A stretch of DNA of 64,000 bases from Acholeplasma sp. (GTDB taxonomy: Bacteria > Bacillota_I > Bacilli_A > Acholeplasmatales > UBA5453). The position numbers and the translations under genes are program-made. Positions 10,725-20,137 of this stretch are shown here, piece by piece. Every line of letters starts with the position of its first letter. Positions within the stretch are counted from its first letter, which is position 1. Where the stretch lies: NCBI GenBank assembly GCA_036677365.1, contig JAVBWN010000014.1, positions 1 to 64,000 on the forward strand, given 5' to 3'. The notes under the pieces were generated by a model, which was not told the origin of the DNA, did no database searches, and saw only the letters and a program-made list of their open reading frames with translations.

Positions 10725-11558
10725 TTAATCTACTAGATAAATTGTTTGGATATGCTGAGAGCCAATTTGATTATCTTGATCAATAAATACAGTTCCTATC
10801 CAAATATTGATTGTATAACTAAGTGGTTCAAATGTGATTTCTGTTATTTCTTGTTTAAAATTATTTGAATCCACACTTATAGAGTCTATTAAACTAGTAT
10901 GGGTTACAGGTTCATCGTTGATAATAAATCCGAAATTTATATCAATCCAATAGCTGTCCTCATTACTTTGATTTTGATTATATATAATTGAAAAATCAAA
11001 ATGTGATAATCTTGTTGTATATTCATTTAATTTATAATAAAAAATTGATGGATTAACAATAGAAGGAATGGTTTTAAAATGCATGGTTCCATCTTTATAT
11101 ATTCCTACATACTCGACTAAAACACCATCTCGGGGTATCAATATAATAAGAGTCAATTCTTGTATATTGCCATTTTGATCAAATTTCATATGAAGGGTCT
11201 TGTCTCGTCCGATTAGTATATCTCCATCAGCTTTTGATTTTAAGTGCAATTCTTTGTAAAAATCATCAAAATCTAAGTTGCCAATATTTTCTACTATTCT
11301 AACTTCAAATGCCTGAAATTTACTTTGTTCTAGAGCATACTTAATTATCACATAGCTAAAGATTGACAAAATCCCTAGCAATGACACAATTAGTAAACGA
11401 AACTCTAAAGAACTTTGTATTTTTTTCTTTACCTTGCCTTTTAATATCATGTTAATTCTTCTTGTATAAGTCATGTATAAAACTATACCTATAATCGAAA
11501 AGGCGAGGACAATTAATGATATTTCCAAAAATACTTTAAACATTAGTACCGCCTCCAT
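10725..11558 (-). CDS. Membrane protein (2 N-terminal TM helices), partner of LytTR regulator
   Basis: Starts immediately after the LytTR stop; two hydrophobic helices followed by a soluble domain. Confidence 0.6.
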   Translation of the reverse strand: MEAVLMFKVFLEISLIVLAFSIIGIVLYMTYTRRINMILKGKVKKKIQSSLEFRLLIVSLLGILSIFSYVIIKYALEQSKFQAFEVRIVENIGNLDFDDFYKELHLKSKADGDILIGRDKTLHMKFDQNGNIQELTLIILIPRDGVLVEYVGIYKDGTMHFKTIPSIVNPSIFYYKLNEYTTRLSHFDFSIIYNQNQSNEDSYWIDINFGFIINDEPVTHTSLIDSISVDSNNFKQEITEITFEPLSYTINIWIGTVFIDQDNQIGSQHIQTIYLVD

Positions 11559-12005
11559 CTAAAAACCTATTCTTTCTTTAAAATGATAGTAGTATGATCT
11601 AGATACACTAACTTTCTTATCTTTTTCTAATAACAAATCAAATCTCATACCTATGATTGGTCTGATAAATTTAATCATATCCTTATTTACGATTGTTGAA
11701 TTATTGACACGGATAAATTTGTCCTCTAGAAGAACGCTTTGAAGATATGTTAATGTGTCGCGCTTGCTATACTGATTTTCAACTGTGTGTATAATTATAT
11801 TATGGCTGAAACTCTCAATAAGAATAATGCTGTCAACTGGAATAATATATGTTAAATTGTCTTTTTTCGCAGAAATAGCTTTTGAATTACTATCTTCAGA
11901 AAGTGTAAGATTTGAGTCATCATCTAGAACTATCCCTAAGGTTTCTAACATGTTTTTATAATATTCATAGTTTTCTGGGTTTACTTTCAATTTCATTTTC
12001 AGCAT
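11559..12005 (-). CDS. LytTR-family DNA-binding regulator (no receiver domain)
   Basis: IILIES..H..IIHT, FIRVNNSTIVN, VSVSRSYY are LytTR signatures. Confidence 0.85.
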   Translation of the reverse strand: MLKMKLKVNPENYEYYKNMLETLGIVLDDDSNLTLSEDSNSKAISAKKDNLTYIIPVDSIILIESFSHNIIIHTVENQYSKRDTLTYLQSVLLEDKFIRVNNSTIVNKDMIKFIRPIIGMRFDLLLEKDKKVSVSRSYYYHFKERIGF

Positions 12006-12154
12006 ATTATATTACCTCCCCAACTATTATTTACATTTTACACTAAATCCAATCAATATGCACTTACTTGTCGCAACTTGCACAATAGTTATCCTAATTG
12101 ACACTTTTTGACAGATAAGTATTTTTTACTAATGTTTGACTACTTGATGTGACT

Positions 12155-12187
12155 AAAAAAGATAGCCTCTAAGGACTATCTCTTTTT
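12155..12187. terminator. Intrinsic terminator ending the late operon
   Basis: AAAAAAGATAG-cctctaagga-CTATCTCTTTTT hairpin with A/T tails on both sides. Confidence 0.65.
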
Positions 12188-12227
12188 ACTTGACTTTAAT
12201 TTACCCAATTGTGTTAATTAAAAGGCA

Positions 12228-12608
12228 TTACTGTTTTTTTAGTAAATATATGGTGGATTCAATTTGGGTAGTAATCCATCCATTAATATCTCCATAATGT
12301 TCAAGGATGTGTTCTTTAGCAAGATTTCCTAAATCATTTAGGATTTTTTCTTGTGCGTACCTTAACGCATAACTTTGTGCCTTCTCATCAAACTTATCTT
12401 TCTTCTTTAAATTTTCGACATATGTTTGAAAGACATAAGACACATTAGTAGATACAATCTGATTTATTTCTTCAACCACTTTTTTGGTTTCATCGTCTTT
12501 GATTCTTCCATTAATCCACTGAGTTAGCTTTGCACCTAATAGCGTTATTAAAGGTATTACAACGCTTGTGACAACTACAGCTATGACATTAACAACTATT
12601 TCATTCAA
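12228..12608 (-). CDS. Holin-like protein (single N-terminal TM, LL-H-like)
   Basis: N-terminal TM, a helical body with V.YV.QTYV..LK and IE..IY motifs, and last position in the late operon. Confidence 0.6.
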   Translation of the reverse strand: MNEIVVNVIAVVVTSVVIPLITLLGAKLTQWINGRIKDDETKKVVEEINQIVSTNVSYVFQTYVENLKKKDKFDEKAQSYALRYAQEKILNDLGNLAKEHILEHYGDINGWITTQIESTIYLLKKQ

Positions 12609-12918
12609 CTTTCTTTCCTCCTGGTCTTTTTATGATTTGCTCATCAATACGTTTGTGAGCTGATGATACACTTTCTTCGACTCGTGCTAACCTTGTGAAT
12701 ACACCATCAAACTTAGACTCAGAGATATCGAGTCTTTTTTCTATTCTCTCAATACTTGATTTGATATAGCCAAGATCAGATATCACTGTACCGCTTTCTC
12801 TGCCTATCTGTTTAGTTTCTGAATTTGCATTTCTTCTAAATGCAAGATACCCAAACGAAATGGAACTAATCGTTCCTAGTACAGATATGATTGTTAATGC
12901 TATTTCAGTCGGTAACAT
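12601..12918 (-). CDS. Small TM + coiled-coil lysis-module protein (XhlA/holin-associated-like)
   Basis: N-terminal TM then a coiled coil ending RLARVEESVSSAHKRID; sits directly upstream of the holin. Confidence 0.55.
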   Translation of the reverse strand: MLPTEIALTIISVLGTISSISFGYLAFRRNANSETKQIGRESGTVISDLGYIKSSIERIEKRLDISESKFDGVFTRLARVEESVSSAHKRIDEQIIKRPGGKKVE

Positions 12919-13510
12919 GTTTTCTAACCTCCTTGAGATACTTCAAAATATCTCTAAGTTCTTTCATATAATCTATTGAGTTTGATTGATAGTTTTCTTT
13001 AAATACCATCATTTTTTCTTTGACGCTCTCATCTTTAGTTATTTGAAACTGTCCAGTGTCAATGAATGTTTTAACTTGTTTTTCAATACGATACAAATGA
13101 TACATATTTTTTTTAAGAGCATTCTCAGAAAGAAAGTGTTGATAGTATTCAATGACTGTATCAATATAATCTGCTATCAAGTTGTTGAAATCCCTTGATC
13201 GATAGTTCTCATAATCCGTGACATAAGATTCATCTAAAACGATTGGTTGTTCTACTGATAATATGTCATCATTAAATAGTTTTAAATAAGCTGATACCTC
13301 ATGGCTAAATGTCATTTTTCGTGCATAATCTTCTTTACCAAAGACAAAGTACTCAATGCCTAGTTCTTCATTGGAAATATGCATTGATCCATTTAAGTCA
13401 TTCAAAACAACAACAATATCAATATCTGAAGTTTCTGTTCTTGTGTTATATGCAGACGATCCTGCATAATAAGCTAGTAGTATTTTATTATTTCGAAATT
13501 CATTTAACAT
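12905..13510 (-). CDS. Pol-beta-superfamily nucleotidyltransferase domain protein
   Basis: YYAGSSAYNTRTETSDIDIVVV matches the GS..D.D motif. Confidence 0.75.
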   Translation of the reverse strand: MLNEFRNNKILLAYYAGSSAYNTRTETSDIDIVVVLNDLNGSMHISNEELGIEYFVFGKEDYARKMTFSHEVSAYLKLFNDDILSVEQPIVLDESYVTDYENYRSRDFNNLIADYIDTVIEYYQHFLSENALKKNMYHLYRIEKQVKTFIDTGQFQITKDESVKEKMMVFKENYQSNSIDYMKELRDILKYLKEVRKHVTD

Positions 13511-14305
13511 CTACCTAAATACCTCCACTGAAGAGATTCTGTGACTTGTGTTATTCGAATAGAGATACATTTGTGAACTGGTATATTCAATAGTTAAATA
13601 GTAATCTACACCTATATATCGATAAGCCAAGCTCTGAATTGATGCATTGATAAGATGTCTTCCAGAAAAAGTGAATGTAGCAATCTTGCCTAATCTCACG
13701 TGAATCAAACAATCAGTTGCTTGTCCAGGAAAGTCAGATAAGTTATATTTCATAACCGTTGCCCATAAGTCCACTGGAGGAATAATCTTATTCGAAAACT
13801 TACCCAATGCCCAATCATAAACCTCTTGATTTTTCTCATTAACTAGATCAGATAAAGTCTTTATCATGGGTCTTGTTGCTGCAAAAGATGCATCAAGAGA
13901 TAAACTTGTTGGGGTCTTAGAGTATTTTGCAATTGCAAATTGGTATCTACCGATTGAGTTTGATAAGTTGTTTTGAATGAGTGTCGGCCAACCGCTTGAG
14001 ATTTCTATTCGTGTCAGTTCAAGTGTGTTTTGGGCTAGATTAATATCTACAGCAATGTATCCATTCCTGGTTGCATCTAGTGTAATGCTTATTTGAGTGT
14101 TAGGTTCCATGAAGATTCTTCTTCCATAAATCTGCAGATATCCTGAACCAAACGTTATGGTGTTATTGCCAGCACTCACTGGAATCTCATTACCTAATCC
14201 TTTAATGATGCCAGCTGGTATTAAATCAAATAAATGATAGTTGATATCTGCATCATCTTTACTGGATACTGTTGCACCATCAAATGTAATTTTTCTAAGT
14301 GCCAT
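13511..14305 (-). CDS. Baseplate/receptor-binding (tail tip) protein
   Basis: Position after Tal-like gene; N-terminal baseplate-like region (GSGYLQIYGRRI) and a variable beta-rich C-terminus. Confidence 0.55.
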   Translation of the reverse strand: MALRKITFDGATVSSKDDADINYHLFDLIPAGIIKGLGNEIPVSAGNNTITFGSGYLQIYGRRIFMEPNTQISITLDATRNGYIAVDINLAQNTLELTRIEISSGWPTLIQNNLSNSIGRYQFAIAKYSKTPTSLSLDASFAATRPMIKTLSDLVNEKNQEVYDWALGKFSNKIIPPVDLWATVMKYNLSDFPGQATDCLIHVRLGKIATFTFSGRHLINASIQSLAYRYIGVDYYLTIEYTSSQMYLYSNNTSHRISSVEVFR

Positions 14306-14306
14306 A

Positions 14307-15836
14307 CTATTTACCCTCCAATATTAATCTTAGTTTTTCTGTAAGTTTTATGCGTTGTTCACCAAGTGTAATCATGTAATCTTTTACTGACCCCTTCATT
14401 TCGATGCGAGATAATATCGTAATCCAACGCTTTTCACCGTGGATGAATAGCACCTTGTCACCTAAATGCACATTCTGGAATGGCACAAAAACAGAATTAT
14501 CCTGTGCAATACTAAATGCTATATGATGCATGTATTCTTCCTTTAGCATCTCTTGACTAGCTATATCTAACAGAGTCATCTTGTCACTATCGATTTCTTG
14601 ATAGGATATCTCTATCTTTGAAATATACATTGCTCCAGATGTCGCTCTTAAACTGATTTCGATATTTCCACTTGACTCATTGATTTTTCCAGTCGTGTAG
14701 GTGGCATTTGACAATGAAGAGATGACTTTATAGTTTGTGGAAAACTGACCCACTTGGATTTTATATTCATTTTGTATGGATGCAGTCGCTAGTGTAATTT
14801 TTACTTCTGTTACTTTAATACCTATACCCAAACTTGATAATGCAGTCTGTAGATAAAATACTTGGGTATTGGGATTTGATGATGAACCAATCTGTACACC
14901 TCTTGCACTAACCGTGCTATCAAATCCGATATGTGTTGCAGATGATTGGATCCAACTAATACCAGAAAGCGAAATTGTTCCTGAAGCAGTTTTTACTTGC
15001 CCGGAAGAGAACAAATGTAAGTACAATTCTCCACCGAGTTCATCATCTTTATATAGCCTTTTTTGTTCTATGACATCATATAGACGTCCTGGTGCGTTTC
15101 TTTCTGTTGTAATTGAACCATCATCAAGAAGATAGAACGATTGAACTGATGTATGTCTTATATTTTCTATACTTGGCACAAAAGTCATTTTATTGAGTCT
15201 TGGTGTAAGATTATCATTTATGATTAGCCCTCTAATCATAGGAAAATTTGATGACAAAACATGTTCCTTTGTAGCGTCTACTGTAACAATCTTAATATGC
15301 GTAATCATTCCGTTGACTATACCTAGTCTTACATGTAATCTAATTTTATACTGCTTGTAGATGTCTTTGTATATATCGCTAAACTTCACTAGATCATCAC
15401 TTGATGCTTGAATGTTTCCTTCAATCAACACTTGATTTTCGAACTTCAAAAACGGTTTATTTTGATAAGAATCAATATTGTCACTATATTCAGTTCTAAG
15501 ATATCTAATGAGCTCATTCCCAATGTTTCCTGTGAATTTAGATACTCTTAGATCAAAATCAATTGTGGATAGATAATCCATTGAGTTAATCTTAATTTGC
15601 CCTATATCTGTAGTTTCAATACTTGAGACTGAACCAATATAGAAAAATGATCTTTCATGGAGGATGATAATATCTCCAACGATTGCTTTCGTACGGTTAT
15701 TGTTTGTTACAAAATAACAATTTTGATTGATGACTACATCAAGAATAATTTGATAGTCGCTTGAGATACTCAGTTCTTCCTTAAATTCAAAGTGAAGTTT
15801 GTCAAATATCATTATCTTCATACTAGTTCGCCTCAT
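14307..15836 (-). CDS. Tail tip (Tal-like) protein with internal inserted domain
   Basis: Synteny TMP-Dit-Tal; C-terminal HLGDKV...ITLGEQR motif typical of siphophage tail-tip proteins. Confidence 0.6.
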   Translation of the reverse strand: MRRTSMKIMIFDKLHFEFKEELSISSDYQIILDVVINQNCYFVTNNNRTKAIVGDIIILHERSFFYIGSVSSIETTDIGQIKINSMDYLSTIDFDLRVSKFTGNIGNELIRYLRTEYSDNIDSYQNKPFLKFENQVLIEGNIQASSDDLVKFSDIYKDIYKQYKIRLHVRLGIVNGMITHIKIVTVDATKEHVLSSNFPMIRGLIINDNLTPRLNKMTFVPSIENIRHTSVQSFYLLDDGSITTERNAPGRLYDVIEQKRLYKDDELGGELYLHLFSSGQVKTASGTISLSGISWIQSSATHIGFDSTVSARGVQIGSSSNPNTQVFYLQTALSSLGIGIKVTEVKITLATASIQNEYKIQVGQFSTNYKVISSLSNATYTTGKINESSGNIEISLRATSGAMYISKIEISYQEIDSDKMTLLDIASQEMLKEEYMHHIAFSIAQDNSVFVPFQNVHLGDKVLFIHGEKRWITILSRIEMKGSVKDYMITLGEQRIKLTEKLRLILEGK

Positions 15837-16623
15837 ACTCTTCGAATATGGTTAAGTAGCATTTAGTTTCTGATGTTACTCCACTCTCAAAATAAATTTC
15901 AGATTCACCGATAGGTAGTTTTAAAAAGTTCGTACATGTGAAGTCTTGTTGATCATAAATATTAACACCATTTCTTTTGATGTATGCATCATTGGAGACG
16001 GATGATATTTCAAATGTACCATCGCTACTTAAAAGCAATCTCATCGTTTGTAGAATGACTCCGTATTGTTTGATTGTCATCACAGGATTACTTACAGCTC
16101 CAACGATTTTGATAATCATTTCTGCTGGATTGTGACCATAGTTGAAATAACGTATCTTACCATTGCTTGATGCATCATAAGTATGCATATAAGTGTATGG
16201 ATACACTTTTGCACCACTTGACTCATTGACATCAATCTCAATTTCTCGTTTCTTTAACCAACTCGAAAGTTTATCTAATCGGAGTATTGATTTTAAAACA
16301 CCAAACTCAAGTTGTCCTTTTGTAAGTTCGACAATCTCAACGTAGCAATACTTTTCATCAACAGCTCTGTAGTATAGATATAAGACTTTGCTTTTCTTAA
16401 TGTATTCAACAAAACTCAAGTATCCCTGATATCCTTCAAAGAAGATTAAACCTAATGTCACTTGACTAATCGGTGATTGAGTTGTAAACATTTCTGATTT
16501 TGATCCGTATTGAAAATACGTATTTTCTTTAATGATGCCTAATCCTTCTATGGATGAAATAATGACGTTTTTATTCAATTTGAAATCAATACCAATCTCA
16601 TTTTTGAAAAATAACTCTCTCAT
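15823..16623 (-). CDS. Distal tail protein (Dit)
   Basis: Directly follows TMP; N.G...A..IIKI.G.V.NP and FLKLPIGES motifs. Confidence 0.7.
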   Translation of the reverse strand: MRELFFKNEIGIDFKLNKNVIISSIEGLGIIKENTYFQYGSKSEMFTTQSPISQVTLGLIFFEGYQGYLSFVEYIKKSKVLYLYYRAVDEKYCYVEIVELTKGQLEFGVLKSILRLDKLSSWLKKREIEIDVNESSGAKVYPYTYMHTYDASSNGKIRYFNYGHNPAEMIIKIVGAVSNPVMTIKQYGVILQTMRLLLSSDGTFEISSVSNDAYIKRNGVNIYDQQDFTCTNFLKLPIGESEIYFESGVTSETKCYLTIFEEYEAN

Positions 16624-19025
16624 TAATAAGCACCTCCTAGTGCTTTGTTAATCGAGTTGATATCAAATGATGACGACGTTGTGTTGACAGTCACATGGTT
16701 AGTGGTTGAATTATTAGTTGTGTTGCCATTATTCTTTTGAAATAGTTTTCCTGTAAATAAATCTCCAAAGAAGCCACCAACACTTTTTAATGCACCACCG
16801 ATACCATCAAATATTTTCATCACATTGTCTGCTATCCATGTAAAGGCATCTATAATCATTTCCAAAACCCATAGGATTGGTTCTAACAATATGAAGATAA
16901 CTTCAAGGATTGGTGCTAATATATTTGACAAAATGTTACCCACTAATGTAATTAGCGGGGCGAGTGCTTCAAAAATATAAGCGATAAAATCAAGTTGGTT
17001 AATGAGTGGTGCGAGGAGTGTCTCAATCAGTGGTGCAAGTAAAACCATAATTGATGCAATAATATCAATAAAAACCATCAGAATTGAAAGTATAGGTTCA
17101 AGTACTGCAAAGATAATCTTTAAAACTGGTTCTAGAACTGCTACTAATACGTTGATTACAACTTCTAAGATGGCTACAACCGCCCCAATCACTGAAGCTA
17201 ATACATTTAAAATCGCATTGAGTGGTGTCAATATGGAATTGATTAGATTAACAATGACACCAATTATTTTTCCTATTAATTGAATAACGATATTTAATAT
17301 CTTCATGACTGGTTCTAAAACTGATTGGATGAGTTTTAACACTTGACCGATTAGCAACCCTATCAAATCTATGACAATCTGTAAAATTGGTTTTAGTGCA
17401 TCAAATATCTTAAGAATTTCTTTTACGAGACTAATTACGATTGGTAATATTTCTTCTATTAGGCTCAGCATGTTTCCAATAACCTTACCCAATATATCCA
17501 CAAGAACTTCAAATACCGCTTCTATGACTGGCATGATGCCTTCAATCAACTTTACCAAAACATCTATCACTTGATGAATCGCACCAATCAACACATCAAT
17601 AACTGGTTGCAGTTTAGTAATGAGGGTTGAAATAAGAGCTCCGATAGGCTCTAACAATTTCCCCAACGTTTCCATCAGTGATTTAAGCAACTCTCTAAAC
17701 TTTTCGTTTTGTAACAAGATTATTGCTAATGTAGCAATGAGACCAACTAGAGCAATTTTACCTATTGCAAAGCCTTGGAAGAACTTGAGTATTGCACCAC
17801 CAGACATTACACCTTGTAGTGTTTTAATCATAGGTATTAGCTTTAGCACAATCGTTATTACAGGTCCAATCGCTGCTAATACTCCTAGAAGTATTCCAAC
17901 AGTAGTTTTCATACCATTTGATAAGTTTGACCACCAGTTAACTAGGTTTATTATTGCTGGTACCACTTTGCTTTGAATCAAATCCATCATCTTCTGCAGA
18001 ACTGGAACAACTTCCATAGCGATACTAACACCAAGACTTGAAAAACTTTGTTTGAGATTATCAATTGAGTCAGTAAATTTACCAGCAACATTAGCTTGTT
18101 CTGTTGTAACGATGCCTAGTTCTCGTGCTTGATTTCTTAAAGTATTTATTTCTGAAGAAGTTGATTGTAGTATCTGAGCTAGTTCGGTTCCTAGTTTCTC
18201 ACCAAATATTTCGTTTGCAAGAGCTGTACGTTCTGCTTGATCCTCAACTTTAGATAATGAGTCTCTAATGAGTTCAAATGCTTCATCCGTTGATTTGCCA
18301 ATCAAGCTATCTGAACTTAACCCCATCTTCATCAGTGTTGATGCATATTTGTCTCCGCCATGGGATACTTCACCAAGAATAGAGTTTGTTCTCACTAATG
18401 CTTTTTGAAGATTATTCGAATCAACTGCTAATATTTTGGCTACATAACCCCACTCTTGATATGCTTCTACAGATAGATAAACTTTTGATGCATTATCTGC
18501 TATCTCATCTGCTGTTTGCATAGATTTGACGGATAAAGCAGCCAGAGCTGTCGTTGCTGCAACAATTGGCAAAGTCAAATGCTTGGTAAATGATGAACCA
18601 ACTTTCTTTAAGTTCTCAGTATTCATTCCACCGATTTTTTTGATTTGCATTTCAGTTTCTCTTAACTCTTTATTGAGTTTATTGACATCTGATTCTGCAT
18701 ACTCGACGGATCGTTTAACTTGGTTAAACTGTTCTTGTGATATAGCACCGACTTGAAGTGCTTTTTTCGCTTCTTCTAGACGTGCGTTTTGAACTTCCAA
18801 ACGCTTTTTAGTTTTTTCAAGAATACTATTAAGTTTGTCTTGTTTTTCTTTCCATTTTTCTAGATTGGTACTATCAAATTTTAAAGAGTTATTGATTGCT
18901 TTTAGATCTTTTTGTTCTTCCTTTAACTCTCCATTAATGTCCTTTAATTTTTGGTCAAGATCTGATGTATCTAGACCGAGTTTTATGTTTAATCCCTTAA
19001 TGGTTTCTGCCATCGTCTTGACCAC
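16623..19025 (-). CDS. Tail tape measure protein
   Basis: N-terminal AETIKGLNIKLGLDT and coiled coil, then a long ~11-residue amphipathic repeat region. Confidence 0.9.
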   Translation of the reverse strand: MVKTMAETIKGLNIKLGLDTSDLDQKLKDINGELKEEQKDLKAINNSLKFDSTNLEKWKEKQDKLNSILEKTKKRLEVQNARLEEAKKALQVGAISQEQFNQVKRSVEYAESDVNKLNKELRETEMQIKKIGGMNTENLKKVGSSFTKHLTLPIVAATTALAALSVKSMQTADEIADNASKVYLSVEAYQEWGYVAKILAVDSNNLQKALVRTNSILGEVSHGGDKYASTLMKMGLSSDSLIGKSTDEAFELIRDSLSKVEDQAERTALANEIFGEKLGTELAQILQSTSSEINTLRNQARELGIVTTEQANVAGKFTDSIDNLKQSFSSLGVSIAMEVVPVLQKMMDLIQSKVVPAIINLVNWWSNLSNGMKTTVGILLGVLAAIGPVITIVLKLIPMIKTLQGVMSGGAILKFFQGFAIGKIALVGLIATLAIILLQNEKFRELLKSLMETLGKLLEPIGALISTLITKLQPVIDVLIGAIHQVIDVLVKLIEGIMPVIEAVFEVLVDILGKVIGNMLSLIEEILPIVISLVKEILKIFDALKPILQIVIDLIGLLIGQVLKLIQSVLEPVMKILNIVIQLIGKIIGVIVNLINSILTPLNAILNVLASVIGAVVAILEVVINVLVAVLEPVLKIIFAVLEPILSILMVFIDIIASIMVLLAPLIETLLAPLINQLDFIAYIFEALAPLITLVGNILSNILAPILEVIFILLEPILWVLEMIIDAFTWIADNVMKIFDGIGGALKSVGGFFGDLFTGKLFQKNNGNTTNNSTTNHVTVNTTSSSFDINSINKALGGAY

Positions 19026-19031
19026 CTTTCA

Positions 19032-19253
19032 TTAAAGTAGGAACTTGTTTATGTCAGTTTGTGTTGCTCGTCTATGACCGGACTCTCCATCCATAGCCTT
19101 AATGCGTAATTCAATAACTTCAAAGTAAGTTTCAATACTAAAAAACTCACTGTCACGAATTGGAATACCCAACTCACCTAGATTTAAAATAATAGATGCA
19201 GTAATGGGAGAAGTATCTAGCGTTTCTCGATACTTCCCCCCACTACATTTTTT
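19032..19253 (-). CDS. Tail assembly chaperone C-terminal extension (gpGT-like), reached by -1 frameshift; not in the ORF track
   Basis: The -1 frame is open from the slippery site: KKCSGGKYRETLDTSPITASIILNLGELGIPIRDSEFFSIETYFEVIELRIKAMDGESGHRRATQTDINKFLL*. Confidence 0.8.
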   Translation of the reverse strand, partial: KKCSGGKYRETLDTSPITASIILNLGELGIPIRDSEFFSIETYFEVIELRIKAMDGESGHRRATQTDINKFLL

Positions 19254-19579
19254 GTTGTACTAAATACCTCAGCGATTACCTGGCTAAGTTTTGTAAGTTC
19301 TTCTTGGTTGGATAATATATCAAAGTCAAACTCATTTAAGAAGTCGTCATAACTTTTGCTCGTAAATGGTTTATGCAAGATATAGAATATTCTAAAAATG
19401 GTATCAATGACTTTCGATACATCATCATTACCATTACCTAATTTATCAATGCCTGAAATATCACTAAATAATTCAGAACCAAATGTATTCTTATATGAAA
19501 TAATCGAATATAAGGATGATTTTAAACGGTATTCTCTTCCTGAGATACTAACTTGTTTTTCCATATTATGACCCCACAA
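19217..19579 (-). CDS. Tail assembly chaperone (gpG-like); likely start 19564
   Basis: Lies between major tail and TMP genes; ends with a slippery heptamer. Confidence 0.8.
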   Translation of the reverse strand: MWGHNMEKQVSISGREYRLKSSLYSIISYKNTFGSELFSDISGIDKLGNGNDDVSKVIDTIFRIFYILHKPFTSKSYDDFLNEFDFDILSNQEELTKLSQVIAEVFSTTKNVVGGSIEKR

Positions 19580-20135
19580 TCACTGGTAATTCTGGCTTAC
19601 TCGTTAAAAAGGCTGGATAGTTCTCATCACTTTTGTGTGCAACAACATGTGTAATCAGATAATTGCCTACTTGAACTGGTTCAGCAACAATAGATAATGA
19701 AATACTATTTGCTTCTGCAGATTCACCTTTAGTTTTGGTTGCCTCGTTAATTGGTGTCACTGAACACTTAAAAAACCAAACACGACGTGCTTCTTGGTCT
19801 CCTTGAAACTCAAAACCAAGTGCGAATTTTTCCGTCTTTGCATTGTTGATTTCTACAAGATTACCGTTTGCTAACTTGATATATCCTAAGATATTGGTTT
19901 TAAAATCGTTATCTAGTTCTGTCAACTTTAAAGTAATATTTCTACCTGCATTTTGAGTTAGCGTTGCAATTACAGAATCATCTGCATAAATACGTTCACT
20001 TCCACCAATGACCTCAGACGAAAACTCTTGAGCCCCGTATAATCTCACAGGATTTCCATATGTTTCTACATCGTTAGCGGATGAAATCTTAGAATAATAG
20101 ACATTTGTAAGTCCAAAAGATACTTTGTTTCCCAT
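19566..20135 (-). CDS. Major tail protein (phi13-like family)
   Basis: NKVSFGLTNVYY, IYADD, FALGFEFQGD..RRVWF motifs. Confidence 0.88.
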   Translation of the reverse strand: MGNKVSFGLTNVYYSKISSANDVETYGNPVRLYGAQEFSSEVIGGSERIYADDSVIATLTQNAGRNITLKLTELDNDFKTNILGYIKLANGNLVEINNAKTEKFALGFEFQGDQEARRVWFFKCSVTPINEATKTKGESAEANSISLSIVAEPVQVGNYLITHVVAHKSDENYPAFLTSKPELPVIVGS

Positions 20136-20137
20136 AT

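Noticed and set aside
10751..10769. Fourth copy of the 19-bp box (TATGCTGAGAGCCAATTTG, 14/19)
   Set aside because: Inside a coding region, antisense, and no -10 hexamer at the +20 position.
17002..19035. Several plus-strand ORFs opposite the tape measure gene
   Set aside because: Shadow ORFs caused by repetitive hydrophobic codons; no RBS or motifs.
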